DNA of 64,000 nt from an uncultured delta proteobacterium (GCA_963789265.1 CAWBKB010000006.1:320001-384000), one strand, 5' to 3'. Counted from the stretch's first letter, positions 20,820 through 32,694 are shown. The notes: generated from the sequence alone by a model not told the origin. Numbers and translations: made by a program.

Positions 20820-21112
20820 TAAAGGTTCCTCCTCTCTAAGCTTGGGTTTTTTTCATCGCAACTTTATCCGGCCTTCTCGACCACCGGCCCTTCCGAGGCA
20901 ACAGGTCGTCCCGCGGGAAAGTTCCTACCCTCATCAACTTTCCTCGGGAATCACAACTCCAATTTTCTAATGGGTTAAGTGAACGTGAGTGGTTCAAGTC
21001 ACCCAAATGCAGATCCCAGAAACTTTAATGGAAAAGGCTCGGGCAAGTCAAGAAAAAACTTCGACATTTAAGATAAGTAAAGGATTTTCATGGAACGAAG
21101 CCCGACGCTTTC

Positions 21113-22789
21113 GAAACTGTCTCAAAAGTCGATTTTGGGCTCGCGATTCTCAACCGATTCTACTAATGAGATGTGAAAAGAGAATCGGAGAGGGAAAGGA
21201 TTATGCCGCAAATCAGAGCCGACTACAAGCAGGTGTTTCTGCTTCCGCCCGCTATAGATGACTGGATAGGGCCTGATCATCCAGCGCGCTTCATAGGAGA
21301 CTTTGTGGATTCCTTGGATTTGGAGGTGCTGGGTTTTCGAGTTCCGAATGGCGAAACGGGCCGTCCTCCCTATAGTACCGATCTTTTGTTGAAGGCATGG
21401 CTCTACGGCTATTTCAGCAGAATCAGGTCATCGCGGCAAGCTTGAGAAGGCATGCATGGAGAACATGGGATTGATTTGGCTGACGGGTATGAATGCAGCG
21501 GATCATAATACCCTGTGGCGATTCTGGAGGGACAACAAGAAGGTTTTCAAGGGAATATTCAAACAATCGGTTCAAGTGGCAGTCAAAGCCGAGTTGATAG
21601 GTATGGCGGTTCATGCATTGGATGGAACCAAGATCCCTGTCGGATCATCTCGGGAGAAGTTCAAGAACCAAGATCAGTTGGAGCGGATGCTTGAGAATTT
21701 GGACAAGTGCGTTGCCGACGTCATGACGGAGACAGAGAGGTGCGAGCAAGAGGAGGGTGGCGAATGGCGTCTTCCCGAAGCCCTGCAGGACGAGTTGAAA
21801 CGCAAGGAGCGGATACAGAAGGCCTTGCAGGAATTGGATAAGACTGACAAGAAGGTCGTCCATCCCTGCGAGCCGGATGCCCGGTACATGAAGAACCGGC
21901 GGTCTACTGAGCCCTCTTACAATGCTCAAGCGGTGGCAGACCAACAAAGCGGCATGATTGTGGCTGAGGAAGTGGTCGACGAAGGCAATGACAATGGGCA
22001 GCTTGTTCCCATGCTGGATCGAGTTCAGGAAAATTTGGGCGCAACCGCAGAGGAAACCGTGGCGGACGCAGGATACTTCGCATCGGCTCAAATCGCGTTG
22101 GCCGAAGAGAAGGAGTACGAGGTCTTGGTCGCCAAGTCGTCGGGAGAGTCCGCTGCGGAAAAAGGCGCTCAATGGGACCCTTATCACGCTTCCCAGTTCG
22201 TCTACGACCAAGAGCGAGACGTCTGTATTTGTCCGCAAGGCGCATCGCTGAACTTTCTTCAGAAGAAAGTCACAGGAAAAAACGGAAACGAGATCCGGCG
22301 GTATCGATGCCGGGACTACTTGACGTGTCCTGAACGGTGGAAGTGCAGCAAGAGCAAGAATGGCCGTCTCATAGACATTAACATCTATCGTGACGCAGTT
22401 GAGCGCCACCGCAAGAAACGGGAGGTCCCGGAAAGCAAGACGCTACTCCGAGCCCGCAAGGTGATCATTGAGCCGGTCTTTGCATGGATAAAGAGCCACT
22501 TGGACTTTAGACGGTGGACCGTGTCCGGATTATCCAATGCGAGGGCTCAATGGTCTTTGATGTGCGCCACCTTGAATCTCAAGAAGCTCTACAGCCATTG
22601 GCTGACGGGGCGTCTGGTGCTAACCGCGGCCTAAGACATCAGGACGGAGAGTGACTCATGGCTGCCTGAGGCATACTCATAGCCGGCCCCGGCTCGTCGG
22701 AGACAAGGGAGGCCAAGGTGCGAGATTAACCGCACCCTACCACCCCGAGAGTCGTCATCGTGCCACTACAACCGTTTTGAGACACTCTC
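21113..22789 (+). mobile_element. IS1182-family insertion sequence (1677 bp) with a TTTC target-site duplication
   Basis: IRL gaaactgtctcaaaa (21113-21127) and IRR ttttgagacactctc (22775-22789) match at 13 of 15 positions; TTTC lies at 21109-21112 and 22790-22793. Confidence 0.9.
21203..22634 (+). CDS. IS1182-family DDE transposase; frameshift at ~21437
   Basis: FLLPP...GRPPY...LYGY...SSR/KLE, DGTK, YNAQ, ADAGY, CPQG, R...IEPVFAWIK and NLKK motifs. Confidence 0.9.
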
Positions 22790-23001
22790 TTTCATGTCCC
22801 CTCCAGGATCTCCCAATCAAGGCTTTTCGTCTACTCCTTCTCTTTAATTGGGCGTCTAGGGATGCCGGCTCTTCCGTTTGGATTTTTGACATACTTCAAG
22901 GATTACTACAACTTTTTCCTTTGAAAGTTTATGATGTACGAACCTGACAAAAGGGCAGGGCATCTGCAAGGCTCTAAATATTCATTGAAAAGGCTCACGG
23001 C

Positions 23002-24181
23002 TTGACGAAAAATAATCTCGTTTGCAAAGAGCGGTTCCTCTACTCGTCTCCTCGCGGATCTGTGCTGTTCGACGAGAAGCAACTGGAGTCGTTTCTTCCG
23101 TTGGGGCGACCTGACGGCGGCAAAGAAGATATCTCGCAGATCACATATCGCGCGTATCTCGAAGCCGTTCGGCAGTGCATTCACGATAACCGGGACAAAT
23201 TCATTGAAGTTCTCGCCTGCCAAGGCTTGAAGGACTTAACGAAGATTCAATCTATTGATTTCATATCTGAAAAGCATGGGGCTGACTATCATCCGGCAAT
23301 GATCAAAGTTCAGACCGCGGCGTCTTCATATTCCTTCGCTGTCAATGTGGCGCTGACGGAGCGAGGAAAACGCCGTATAGCGCAAGATTTTGATCTGCTG
23401 ACTCTGTTCGGCGAGCGATTTCCCGCCAAATACATTCCGAAAGCCCATTTTCTAGGGAAGGTGAACGTTAGGGTAAATGAGAAAGATGCGGTTATGCCTA
23501 TGTTTATGGGCGAATGGCTCGAGGGATACCACGAGTTTCACCTTTGCGTTGACCCTGAAACTAGCGCTATGAAGACAATCCTGTGGGACTTGACCAGGGG
23601 CTATAGGGTTCTTTCCGGCGAAGCAGCGGCTGAGATTTACAGACAGGCTGCCTTAATCCTGACCTACTATTATGACGTGACGACGTTTGCTGAAGTGTTT
23701 CCGTGGCACCACGCGGCAGGAGATTTTGTTGCCAGGCTCTCCGATCGAACCGTGGATGTCAGGTTGATCACTTTGAGGCAGTACGCGGCCTCGTATCGCA
23801 TTTCCCAGCCAATCTCTCGACAACCGCTTGGATGCGCTTTTGGTTTTTCTTGCAAACCTGACCGTAAGAATGCGGTTGGACAGGTTGGATGGGGTAGGGG
23901 AGGTTGCATGGGCTGAAGATCGTGCGGTAGAAACAACGATCCGCGGATTTCTCGCGGGCATGAAGGCAAAGGTCGCGGCTGGAATGTGTGACAATCTTCT
24001 GTCCATACAATTCTTGGAGGCAGTGAAACGGATACAGTTACCGGAATTAGCGGAAATTTTTCAAACAGTCGCTGAATCCTACGACAAGGACGCACCGGAT
24101 TTGCCTGTTATTATGGAACACCTGGTTGACCACGTTCTTCAGGTTTACCGGCACTTCCAAGAGCTTCCGTCATCCTTTTGA
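23002..24181 (+). CDS. Hypothetical protein; frameshift at ~23787; start uncertain
   Basis: ORFs 23002..23916 and 23828..24181 join on removing one G (QYA/PRIAF...LDALLVF). Motif-like segments SEKHGADYHP, EWLEGYHEFH, WHHAAGDFV and RMRLDRLDGVG. Confidence 0.7.
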
Positions 24182-24367
24182 TCAGGATAAGCCACGGCTA
24201 CTGCAGCTCTATTCAAATGGTCTCGGTCGATACTATCTGCACGCCCGTCTTTTACGCTCTTTTCTTTGTTGAACGAATTCAGTATGATTGGGTCGAAATA
24301 CGGCAGTTGATCATTCACGCAATAGCCCTCACGATTACAAATCGAGTCCCGGAGTACCGGTCACCAG

Positions 24368-25818
24368 ATGAGCGATGTCAAACGATCAAACATACCTAGA
24401 GTAATTCTCGCGGCCCTCAAAGGAGGAGCAGGCAAGACTTTTCTTACGGTCGGCCTTGTCGCAGCGCTTCGCAAACAGGGCCACAATCTCAGCGTTTTCA
24501 AGAAAGGGCCGGATTACATAGACGCTGGTTGGCTTGGATTAGCAGCAGGAGAACCTTGTTACAACCTCGATGCTTACCTCTTTGACAAAGAAGTTGTCCG
24601 CGGCTCTTTTAGCAAAAGATCTTCCGGAAAAGACGTCGCCGTTGTGGAAGGGAATCGCGGCCTTTTCGACGGAGTGGACCCGGCCGGCAGTTACAGCACA
24701 GCGGAATTGGCAAAGATTCTCAAGGCCCCGGTTGTGCTTATTGTGGACGGCACTAAGGTTACCAGGACCGCAGCCGCTGAAGTGCTCGGGTGCCGCTTAA
24801 TGGACCCTGCCCTGGAGCTGAAGGCGGTCATCCTGAACCGGGTAGCGGGCGCTCGACACGAAACAATCCTGCGGGAAGCCATTGAAGGAGCGACATCCAT
24901 TCCCGTCATCGGTTCGGTGGGCAAACTCCCCCGAACTAATTTTCCCCAAAGGCATTTCGGACTGCTTCCATTACAGGAACACCCTCAGGCTGTTGAATGC
25001 GTTGAACAAGCGGGCGCGGTGGTCCGACAATCCGTCGATCTGGACAGACTCCTTGAAATAGCTGCGTCCGCAGAGGACTTTCAGTTCAGGGCGCCGTCCA
25101 AAATATCGGAACATCGGCAGGGCCCCCATTCGGCCCGCCTGCGTATTGGGATTGTGAGGGACTCTGCATTTCAATTCTATTACCCGGAAAATCTCGAGGC
25201 TCTTGACAGGCGAGGAGTCAAGCTCGTGGAGATAAGCGCACTGTTGCCCGTGGAATTGCCCGATCTGGATGGATTATACATAGGAGGAGGGTTTCCGGAA
25301 ACGCATGCAGAAGTTCTTGCCGGCAATTCTTTCTTTAAGAAGTCCCTTCTTAACGCGGTAGACAATGGTCTGCCGGTGTACGGAGAGTGTGGCGGCCTAA
25401 TATATCTTTCCCGCAGTCTTCGGATCGACGAAAGTGTCTATCCTATGGCCGGGGTTTTTCCGATAGATACGGTAATGCAAAGAAAGCCGCAGGGTCTTGG
25501 GTACATTCATGTAAAGGTGACAGGTTCCAATCCATTTTATCCGATAGGAACTGAGCTAACCGGCCACGAATTTCATTATTCCAGTGTCAGCTCCTTGGAT
25601 GAGGCGGACGGTTCATTTGCATTTCGGGTATTGCGCGGCTGCGGAATGGACGGCTTCCGAGATGGGATCTGCACTCGAAATGCATTCGGTACGTACACGT
25701 ACACCTGCATGCTCTCGGTGAGCCGCTATGGGCCGAAGCCTTCGTGGCCAAAGCCTCTGAGTTTCGTGCGTCCCGTGTTTCCCGAACGGACAGAGATCTT
25801 ACTTGCTCGGCCCTCTGA
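24368..25818 (+). CDS. Cobyrinate a,c-diamide synthase family (CobB/CbiA/DsrN), copy 1; 2-nt frameshift at ~25696
   Basis: GGAGKT, FKKGPDYID, EGNRGLFDG, AFQFYYPEN, GGGFPE, ECGG and GHEFHYS motifs; the true C-terminus HLHALGEPLW lies in another frame ending at 25818. Confidence 0.9.
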
Positions 25819-25902
25819 ACTCTTCCACCTTCCGTCCTTTCCCCCACATAATTTTCTAAGTTGGTACTTCAAATCCATCTCATTCATGATATGCAGTTGT
25901 TC

Positions 25903-27374
25903 ATGATTCACAAAACAAACGTACCGAGAATCGTGATCGCGGCGCTCAAGGGAGGCGCGGGCAAGACTTTCATTACCGTAGGACTCGTCGCGGCGCTTCG
26001 CAAGCGGGGGCTGTCACCGGCTGTTTTCAAAAAGGGGCCGGACTACATAGATTCCGGATGGCTGGGATCGGCAGCCGGCAGTGATTGCTACAACCTTGAT
26101 CCTTACTTGTTTAGTCTTGAGACGGTTCGCGGGTCTTTTGTCAGACGGGCTCTCGGCAACGATGTCGCCGTTATTGAAGGGAATCGCGGCATTTTTGACG
26201 GCGTTGACGCGGAGGGGAGTTATAGCACAGCCGAACTGGCCAAGGCGCTGAATGCACCAGTGATATTGATTATTGACGCCACCAAAGTCACACGGACCGC
26301 AGCGGCACTGGTTCTAGGGTGCAAGGCTCTGGATCCGCACGTGGATTTTCAGGGGGTTATCCTAAACCGAGTAGCGGGAGTGAGGCACGAGACAATCCTG
26401 AGACGAGCAATTGAAGACACTGCGGGGATTCCGGTCATGGGTTCGATCAGCAAACTCCCCTTGGAGAGCTTTCCGCAGAGGCATCTCGGACTTCTCCCTC
26501 TGCACGAGCACCCAAGAGCCGCGGATTTCATTGAGGAAGCCGCAACCGTGGTGGAGCAATCGGTGGGCCTCGATCAGGTCCTTGCAATTGCCTCTTCGGC
26601 CCGCGATTCTTATGTGGAAGCGCGCCGGGAGCGCCTTGAAACGGCACGCACCATGGATTCGTCCTGTGTTCGCATAGGAGTGCTGAGAGACTCGGCTTTC
26701 CAGTTCTATTACCCGGAGAATCTGGAGGCTTTCAGCATAAATGGCGCTCAACTGGTTGAAATAAGCGCATTGACTCATGAAAGGTTGCCCGATCTGGACG
26801 GGCTGTACATAGGCGGAGGATTTCCGGAAACGCACGCCGAACGCTTGGCGAAAAACGATAGTTTCAAGAAGTCTGTGCTATTTGCCGTTCAGAGAGGGCT
26901 TCCAGTTTACGCGGAGTGCGGGGGACTGATGTATCTCTCGAGAAGTCTGCGTATTGATCAAAGTGTCTATCCCATGGTCGGTGTTTTCCCTGTGGATACC
27001 GTGCTGGAACGAAAACCTCAGGGTCATGGCTACATCCATGTAGAGGTATCGGGTCCAAATCCGTTTTACCCATTAGGGACGGTGCTGAGGGGCCATGAGT
27101 TCCATTATTCCTACGTAACTGGAGCGGATCATCCTGCCGGCATGTACGCATTTCGGGTTCTAGGGGCCACGGAATGGATGGATCTCGGGACGGAATATGC
27201 ATGTTCAATGCCCTGGGCACGTACGTGCATGTACACGCACTGGGTGAGCCTCTTTGGATAGAAGGGATATTAAAGAAGGCCCGAGAATTCCGCAGAATGG
27301 CCCGGCTCGGGGACCACGACGAATACCAATCGGATCGGACGCCAGGGCGCCTACTTGGGTCAAAATCAGGCTGA
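25903..27374 (+). CDS. Cobyrinate a,c-diamide synthase family (CobB/CbiA/DsrN), copy 2; frameshift at ~27162
   Basis: Same motif set as copy 1; the C-terminus GMDGSRDGICMFNALGTYVHVHALG lies in ORF 27174..27374. Confidence 0.9.
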
Positions 27375-27406
27375 AGCTTCACCTGACACGACTGCGAGCC
27401 TTTTTC

Positions 27407-29392
27407 ATGGAATACACCAAGCAAATAGAAGAGATCCTTGGGCCCGGCGGGGTTCTCGAGAGTGCCATCCAGGGGTACGAACACCGCGAGCAACAGATCC
27501 GGATGGCCCAAAAAGTCTTCGAAGCAATATCAGCCACTGATCGACTGATCATCGAAGCCCCCACCGGCACAGGGAAAACCTTAGCCTACGTAGTTGCCGC
27601 AGCGCTTTCCAGGAAGCGGATCGTGATTTCCACCGGGACCAAGAATCTCCAGGAACAGCTCTTTTTCAAGGACATCCCGTTCGTTAGGGACAAGATCTTT
27701 CCCCGTTTGAAAACCGCCCTGCTCAAGGGCCGAGGCAATTTTGTATGTCATGCCAGACTACGCCGATTTCTGCGACAACCGTATCTTCAGGGTCTCAGGG
27801 ACTCGGATTCTTTGGAGGAGATTCTCAAGTGGTACAGGCGAACGCGAGAAAACGGACAAGGAGATCGCTCGGAATTGGAAAATCTCCAGGACGATGATCC
27901 AATCTGGCCCGAGATCTGCTCCACCACCGAGACGTGCATCGGGAAGGCCTGCCCGGACAGAGATAATTGCTTTGTCCTGAAAATGAAGTCCAGAGCTTAC
28001 GACGCGGATCTGATGGTGGTCAATCATCATTTGCTCGTGTCGGATCTTGCAGTCAAGGAATCCGGTTTCGGGGAGGTTATACCTCGTTACGACGCGTTAA
28101 TCGTAGACGAGGCTCATGGTTTGGAAGACGCAGCAACGCAGCATTTCGGTTTTCATACGAGCCAATTCAGAATCAGCAGACTGGTCCGCGATGCTCGTTT
28201 GGAATTGGGTCAGGCGAAAATCGAAACACAGAAGTTTCAGGTCGTCTTGTCGGCACTGGAGGATCACGGTAGACGCTTATTCGGGTCTTTTCCCGAAATA
28301 CCATCGTCACGGGGCGCCATGCTGACAGTGAATCCGGAAGTGGCCGAAATCCGTGACGCGCTCAGTCGAAATCTTGAAGCCTTGGCTTCCATGCTGTCAA
28401 ATGTTCCCAAAGCTCCGGACGAACTACGTTCTGTAGCACAGAGGGCGCGTGACATTAGTTCCGAGCTTCAGATCATCTTGGCTTCGGAACGGGGCGTGGA
28501 GTACGCTTGCTGGGCTGAACGACGTGATAGGAATCTGATTCTTCATGCTTCGCCGATTGAAGTGGGAGGACTGCTCAACTCACGGCTCTACGAGCGTGTT
28601 CCTGCTATTGTGTTCACCTCCGCAACACTGTCTGCCGGTGGGAATTTTGAATATTTCAAATCCCGATTGGGCCTGGACACCGATCCAGTCCCTTCGGAAG
28701 TGATACTTGATTCTCCGTTCGACTACGCTCGCCAGACCATGCTTTACATTCCGAGGTCCATCCCCGAGCCGAATGCTCCCGGGTTTACCGACGCTCTCAT
28801 TCCGGTGTTGGAAGAGATTCTCGTGCAAACGAAAGGAAGGGCCTTTGTGCTCTTCACTTCTCACAAGAACATGGAAGCCGTCCACGGGCAAATGCGGAAC
28901 CGGATCCCCTTTCCGCTGCTCATTCAGGGATCAAAGCCGAAGAGCCGCTTGCTGGAAGAATTTCGGCGGCGAAAAGGCTCGGTGCTTTTCGCGACATCGT
29001 CGTTCTGGGAGGGCGTAGACGTGCAAGGTGAGGCCCTTTCATGCGTTATTGTAGATCGGCTTCCTTTTGCACCGCCGAATGATCCTGTAGTTTCCGCGAG
29101 AATAGAAAAATTGAAGAAACAGGGGCGTGAGGCATTCTATTCGTTTCAAGTGCCTATGGCCGTTATTGCTCTCAAACAAGGGTTGGGTAGGCTTATCCGC
29201 ACGCGCTCTGACAGGGGAATACTTTGCGTCCTCGACCTGCGGATTCTTACCAAGCCTTACGGAAAGATGTTTCGAAGAAGCCTGTACCAAAGCCCGTTGC
29301 ACAGAGACCCTCAGGATATTGAGGCTTTTTTCGCGAGCGATAAGGATTGCCGAGCGCGATTGCCGGAGAACAGCATGGTCGAAGCCGGCTGA
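27407..29392 (+). CDS. DinG/YoaA family ATP-dependent DNA helicase
   Basis: EAPTGTGKT, KGRGNFVC, Fe-S Cys residues, DEAH, TSATL, FWEGVD and QGLGRLIR motifs. Confidence 0.93.
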   Translation: MEYTKQIEEILGPGGVLESAIQGYEHREQQIRMAQKVFEAISATDRLIIEAPTGTGKTLAYVVAAALSRKRIVISTGTKNLQEQLFFKDIPFVRDKIFPRLKTALLKGRGNFVCHARLRRFLRQPYLQGLRDSDSLEEILKWYRRTRENGQGDRSELENLQDDDPIWPEICSTTETCIGKACPDRDNCFVLKMKSRAYDADLMVVNHHLLVSDLAVKESGFGEVIPRYDALIVDEAHGLEDAATQHFGFHTSQFRISRLVRDARLELGQAKIETQKFQVVLSALEDHGRRLFGSFPEIPSSRGAMLTVNPEVAEIRDALSRNLEALASMLSNVPKAPDELRSVAQRARDISSELQIILASERGVEYACWAERRDRNLILHASPIEVGGLLNSRLYERVPAIVFTSATLSAGGNFEYFKSRLGLDTDPVPSEVILDSPFDYARQTMLYIPRSIPEPNAPGFTDALIPVLEEILVQTKGRAFVLFTSHKNMEAVHGQMRNRIPFPLLIQGSKPKSRLLEEFRRRKGSVLFATSSFWEGVDVQGEALSCVIVDRLPFAPPNDPVVSARIEKLKKQGREAFYSFQVPMAVIALKQGLGRLIRTRSDRGILCVLDLRILTKPYGKMFRRSLYQSPLHRDPQDIEAFFASDKDCRARLPENSMVEAG

Positions 29393-29575
29393 TACTAATT
29401 CAAGCTTCGAAGAATCATTCTTTTGCCTGGAAGATTCATTTTGTCCCGGAGTAAGAGCCGGTTCGAAGCAGTCAGTAGGGCGGCCCGCGGCGGCCATCCC
29501 GAGCTTCGAGGGATCGGGCATGGTCCGACCTAGTAAAATACATCCGTGTAAGACCGAAAGAGGTCGTGAGCCTCC

Positions 29576-30808
29576 ATGCAGCTAAAGGCAATATTAAAAT
29601 TCCTGCGTGATCGTCTTGGCCGCCTCCCACTTTCTTTTCCTTCTGCAAGAAGTGTCCGGACGGCAACCCCAAAGGAATCCACCGCTCCGTATTTCATCGA
29701 GGTTTCCGACAGGGCATTCGACGAATTGAACGTGAGTCTGCACGGAAAGATATCCGTGGAAAATGCAGATCGTATTCGGAGGAGACTGGTGGAGACGGTC
29801 AGCGGCCAACCGTTGAAGAACGTTGTCCTAGATCTCGGGGAAGTAGAATATTTCGATAGCTCGGCAGCCGCTGTACTCATAGAAGTGCACCGATTATGCG
29901 CGGACCGGCAGAACTCTCTTAAATTGATTAATGTGCCTCCTCGGATAAGCAGCTTCCTAAATCTTGTGGACTTCGAGCATTTCAAGAGCGCGGGCATTCT
30001 CCAGCCTCGACCTGAACCGCCGGTGCTGGTTCAGATCGGTGAGGGGACTCTGGTCCTGCGTCGGAACGTGCGAGACATTATTACCTTCATCGGCGCGTCG
30101 GTAGCGGCCCTCGCGAATGATCTGGCTCATCCCATGAACTTGAAGTGGGATCGGCTTTGGCAACTCGTAGATAGGAGCGGCGCTGACGCGGTACCCATAG
30201 TGACGATCCTCAGTTTCTTGATGGGGGCAATTCTTGCATTTCAAGGGGCCATCCAACTTAGGAAGTTTGGCGCGAACATCTTCGTCGCGGACCTAGTGAG
30301 CCTTTCAATTTGTTTGGAGATGGGACCATTGCTGACCGCTCTGATCGTCGCCGGCCGGTCGGGCGCGGCTTTTGCCGCGCAGATAGGGACAATGCAGGTG
30401 ACCGAAGAGGTGGATGCGCTGCGAGTCATGGCCATTGACCCCATCCGGTACCTGGTCTCTCCCAGAATATTGGCTGTAGCTTTGGCCCTTCCGTGCCTCA
30501 CCATTTTTGCGGACGTGATAGGCATGGCGGGCGGTTGTCTGGTTGCGGTCTTCTCCCTGGACCTCACCCCCGTCGGGTATTTCAATCAGATTCATAAGGT
30601 GCTCGAATTGAGCGATGTCATAAAGGGCCTTGTCAAAAGCTTTGCCTTTGGAATTGAGATAGCCACAATAGGATGCCTGAGAGGGTTTCAGGTGAGGGGT
30701 GGAGCCGAGAGTGTAGGGAATGCCACTACATCCGCAATTGTGACTTCCATCTTTATTCTGACCATCACAGATGCCGTTTTCGCGGTGCTCTATTACTATC
30801 TTCCTTAA
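29576..30808 (+). CDS. mlaE: MlaE-family ABC permease with an N-terminal STAS domain
   Basis: STAS (LDLGEVEYFDSS); EMGPLLTALIVAGRSG...EEVDAL...P.RYLVSPR and VGNATT. Confidence 0.9.
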   Translation: MQLKAILKFLRDRLGRLPLSFPSARSVRTATPKESTAPYFIEVSDRAFDELNVSLHGKISVENADRIRRRLVETVSGQPLKNVVLDLGEVEYFDSSAAAVLIEVHRLCADRQNSLKLINVPPRISSFLNLVDFEHFKSAGILQPRPEPPVLVQIGEGTLVLRRNVRDIITFIGASVAALANDLAHPMNLKWDRLWQLVDRSGADAVPIVTILSFLMGAILAFQGAIQLRKFGANIFVADLVSLSICLEMGPLLTALIVAGRSGAAFAAQIGTMQVTEEVDALRVMAIDPIRYLVSPRILAVALALPCLTIFADVIGMAGGCLVAVFSLDLTPVGYFNQIHKVLELSDVIKGLVKSFAFGIEIATIGCLRGFQVRGGAESVGNATTSAIVTSIFILTITDAVFAVLYYYLP

Positions 30809-30921
30809 GTCAGAAAAATGTGAATATATGGGGGAAGGCTTGTTGAGGCCGTGCAACATATCGCCGCGGCCATACCAAAAATTCACACTTTACCGAACAT
30901 TCCGCTGATTCCGAGGAGTCC

Positions 30922-31698
30922 TTGGATAGCTCGACAAACGACAGCACTGCAACCCGTACTATCATATCCGTTAAGAACCTTAGAGTGGGATATGGAGACG
31001 AAATCATATTGCAAGATGTCTCCTTTGACGTTGGGGAGGGGGAGGTGTTTGCGATTCTGGGTCGGTCGGGTTGCGGAAAGACCACGCTGTTCAAGGCCAT
31101 CATAGGGCTTCTTCCCCCCGCCGGGGGCGAAGTTATCATTGATGGCGAACGAGTGCTGCCGGTCGCAGAAGAGGGTGCGGGGCGCGTGCTTCGGAAGATT
31201 GGGGTGCTTTTTCAATCGGGTGCTTTGTTTAGTTCTATGAGCCTGGCTGAAAATGTCGCATTTCCCCTACGTCAATACACCACCTTGCCGGAAAGAACCA
31301 TCGAGCAACTAGTGACACTGAAGCTCTCGCAACTCGGACTGGCAGGGTGGGAGAAGTCGCTCCCTTTGGAACTGAGCGGCGGTATGCAGAAAAGGGCGGC
31401 ACTAGCAAGAGCGATGGCTTTAGATCCCAAAATCCTTTTCTTTGACGAACCATCTGCGGGGCTGGACCCGGTCACAAGTGTCGAACTCGATCGTACGATC
31501 CTGGAAATCAACCGTGCTCTGGGAACCACTATGGTAATAGTCACGCACGAGTTATCGAGCATCTTTACGATTGCCAACCGAGTCATAATGCTCGACGCTC
31601 AGGAGAAGAGCATCATCGCACAGGGGAAACCCGACGAACTGAAAGAAATGGCCGACGATCATCGAGTCAGAGAGTTCTTCAGCCGTTCGCGGACATGA
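30922..31698 (+). CDS. mlaF: MlaF-type ABC ATPase
   Basis: GRSGCGKT, FQSGALF, LSGGMQKR and DEPSAGLDP motifs. Confidence 0.92.
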   Translation: MDSSTNDSTATRTIISVKNLRVGYGDEIILQDVSFDVGEGEVFAILGRSGCGKTTLFKAIIGLLPPAGGEVIIDGERVLPVAEEGAGRVLRKIGVLFQSGALFSSMSLAENVAFPLRQYTTLPERTIEQLVTLKLSQLGLAGWEKSLPLELSGGMQKRAALARAMALDPKILFFDEPSAGLDPVTSVELDRTILEINRALGTTMVIVTHELSSIFTIANRVIMLDAQEKSIIAQGKPDELKEMADDHRVREFFSRSRT

Positions 31699-31821
31699 GG
31701 TCGCGCGCTGACTTGCTGTTCGTTGCTGCCGGGACCTGGAGATACAAAGAAAGAGATCCCGCACCACTGGAAAGATTGATTCCCGGCAGAGCAGGCAGGT
31801 CCTGAAATCAAGGAGAAGAAC

Positions 31822-32694
31822 ATGTCCACCCAGGCAGATAAATTCAAAATCGGGCTGTTCGTGGTGTCGAGCTTGTTTGTGGCGGTGGTCTTGGTTATAT
31901 GGCTAGGAGCCTCCCACTTTTTCGAATCCACCCAGGAAGCAGTGGCTTACTTCACGGAGAGTGTCCAGGGACTGGAGGTCGGCAGTTCCGTCAAATTCAG
32001 GGGCGTCCCCGTGGGTAGGATTAGTGCAATTCGAATGGCCCCCGCCGGCCGGCTCGTCGAAGTCGTACTGAGTTTGGATAAGAAGTTCAAAATCAGCGGA
32101 GATCTGGGAATAAAAATGGACCTGATGGGGTTGACCGGTTTAAAGTATCTGGAAATGGACACGTTCCCGCCAAATCAGCAAAAGGAACAAATAGTCCTGG
32201 ATTTCAAGCCCCGTTACCCGGTAATTCCCACGTATCCTTCCGATATCAGAGAATTCGGGACCGCTTTGGAAAGCATTTTCCAGAAGGTTAAGGCGGTGGA
32301 TTTGGCACAGATTTCCGGCAACCTGTTGAGAGTGACTACGAGACTTGACACGATACTGTCCGATCCCAAGTTGGACACCATCGGCGCTAATGCCGCGGGA
32401 ACCCTGCGCGAGCTTAGAGAGGCCGCAAGAAAGGTCAATGAAGAAATTTCACGTTCACAGCTTTCCAAAGTGATTACCCGGACATTCGACAAAGCGGGAA
32501 ACTTTTTTCAGGAGAGCACGTCAACTACACGAAGCGCGGATCGTCTAATTCGACGCGCGGATAACAACCTCAACAATCTCAGTCAAAAGCTTGATAGAAG
32601 CGCGGACAACCTAATCGACTTCACACGGATGATAAAACTCAAGCCGTCCAGCATATTGTTTGGACCGGGAGAAAAAGCCCGACAAACGCGCTGA
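31822..32694 (+). CDS. mlaD: MlaD/MCE family substrate-binding protein
   Basis: N-terminal TM followed by ESVQGLEVGSSVKFRGVPVG, GLTG and a helical tail. Confidence 0.9.
   Translation: MSTQADKFKIGLFVVSSLFVAVVLVIWLGASHFFESTQEAVAYFTESVQGLEVGSSVKFRGVPVGRISAIRMAPAGRLVEVVLSLDKKFKISGDLGIKMDLMGLTGLKYLEMDTFPPNQQKEQIVLDFKPRYPVIPTYPSDIREFGTALESIFQKVKAVDLAQISGNLLRVTTRLDTILSDPKLDTIGANAAGTLRELREAARKVNEEISRSQLSKVITRTFDKAGNFFQESTSTTRSADRLIRRADNNLNNLSQKLDRSADNLIDFTRMIKLKPSSILFGPGEKARQTR

Noticed and set aside
20960..21010. Rex operator upstream of dsrA
   Set aside because: GTGA...TCAC half-sites are present, but the spacing and flanks do not fit the Rex palindrome.
21203..21460. Programmed frameshift in the IS transposase
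   Set aside because: IS1182 transposases are single ORFs and no slippery site is present; probably an error or a simple mutation.
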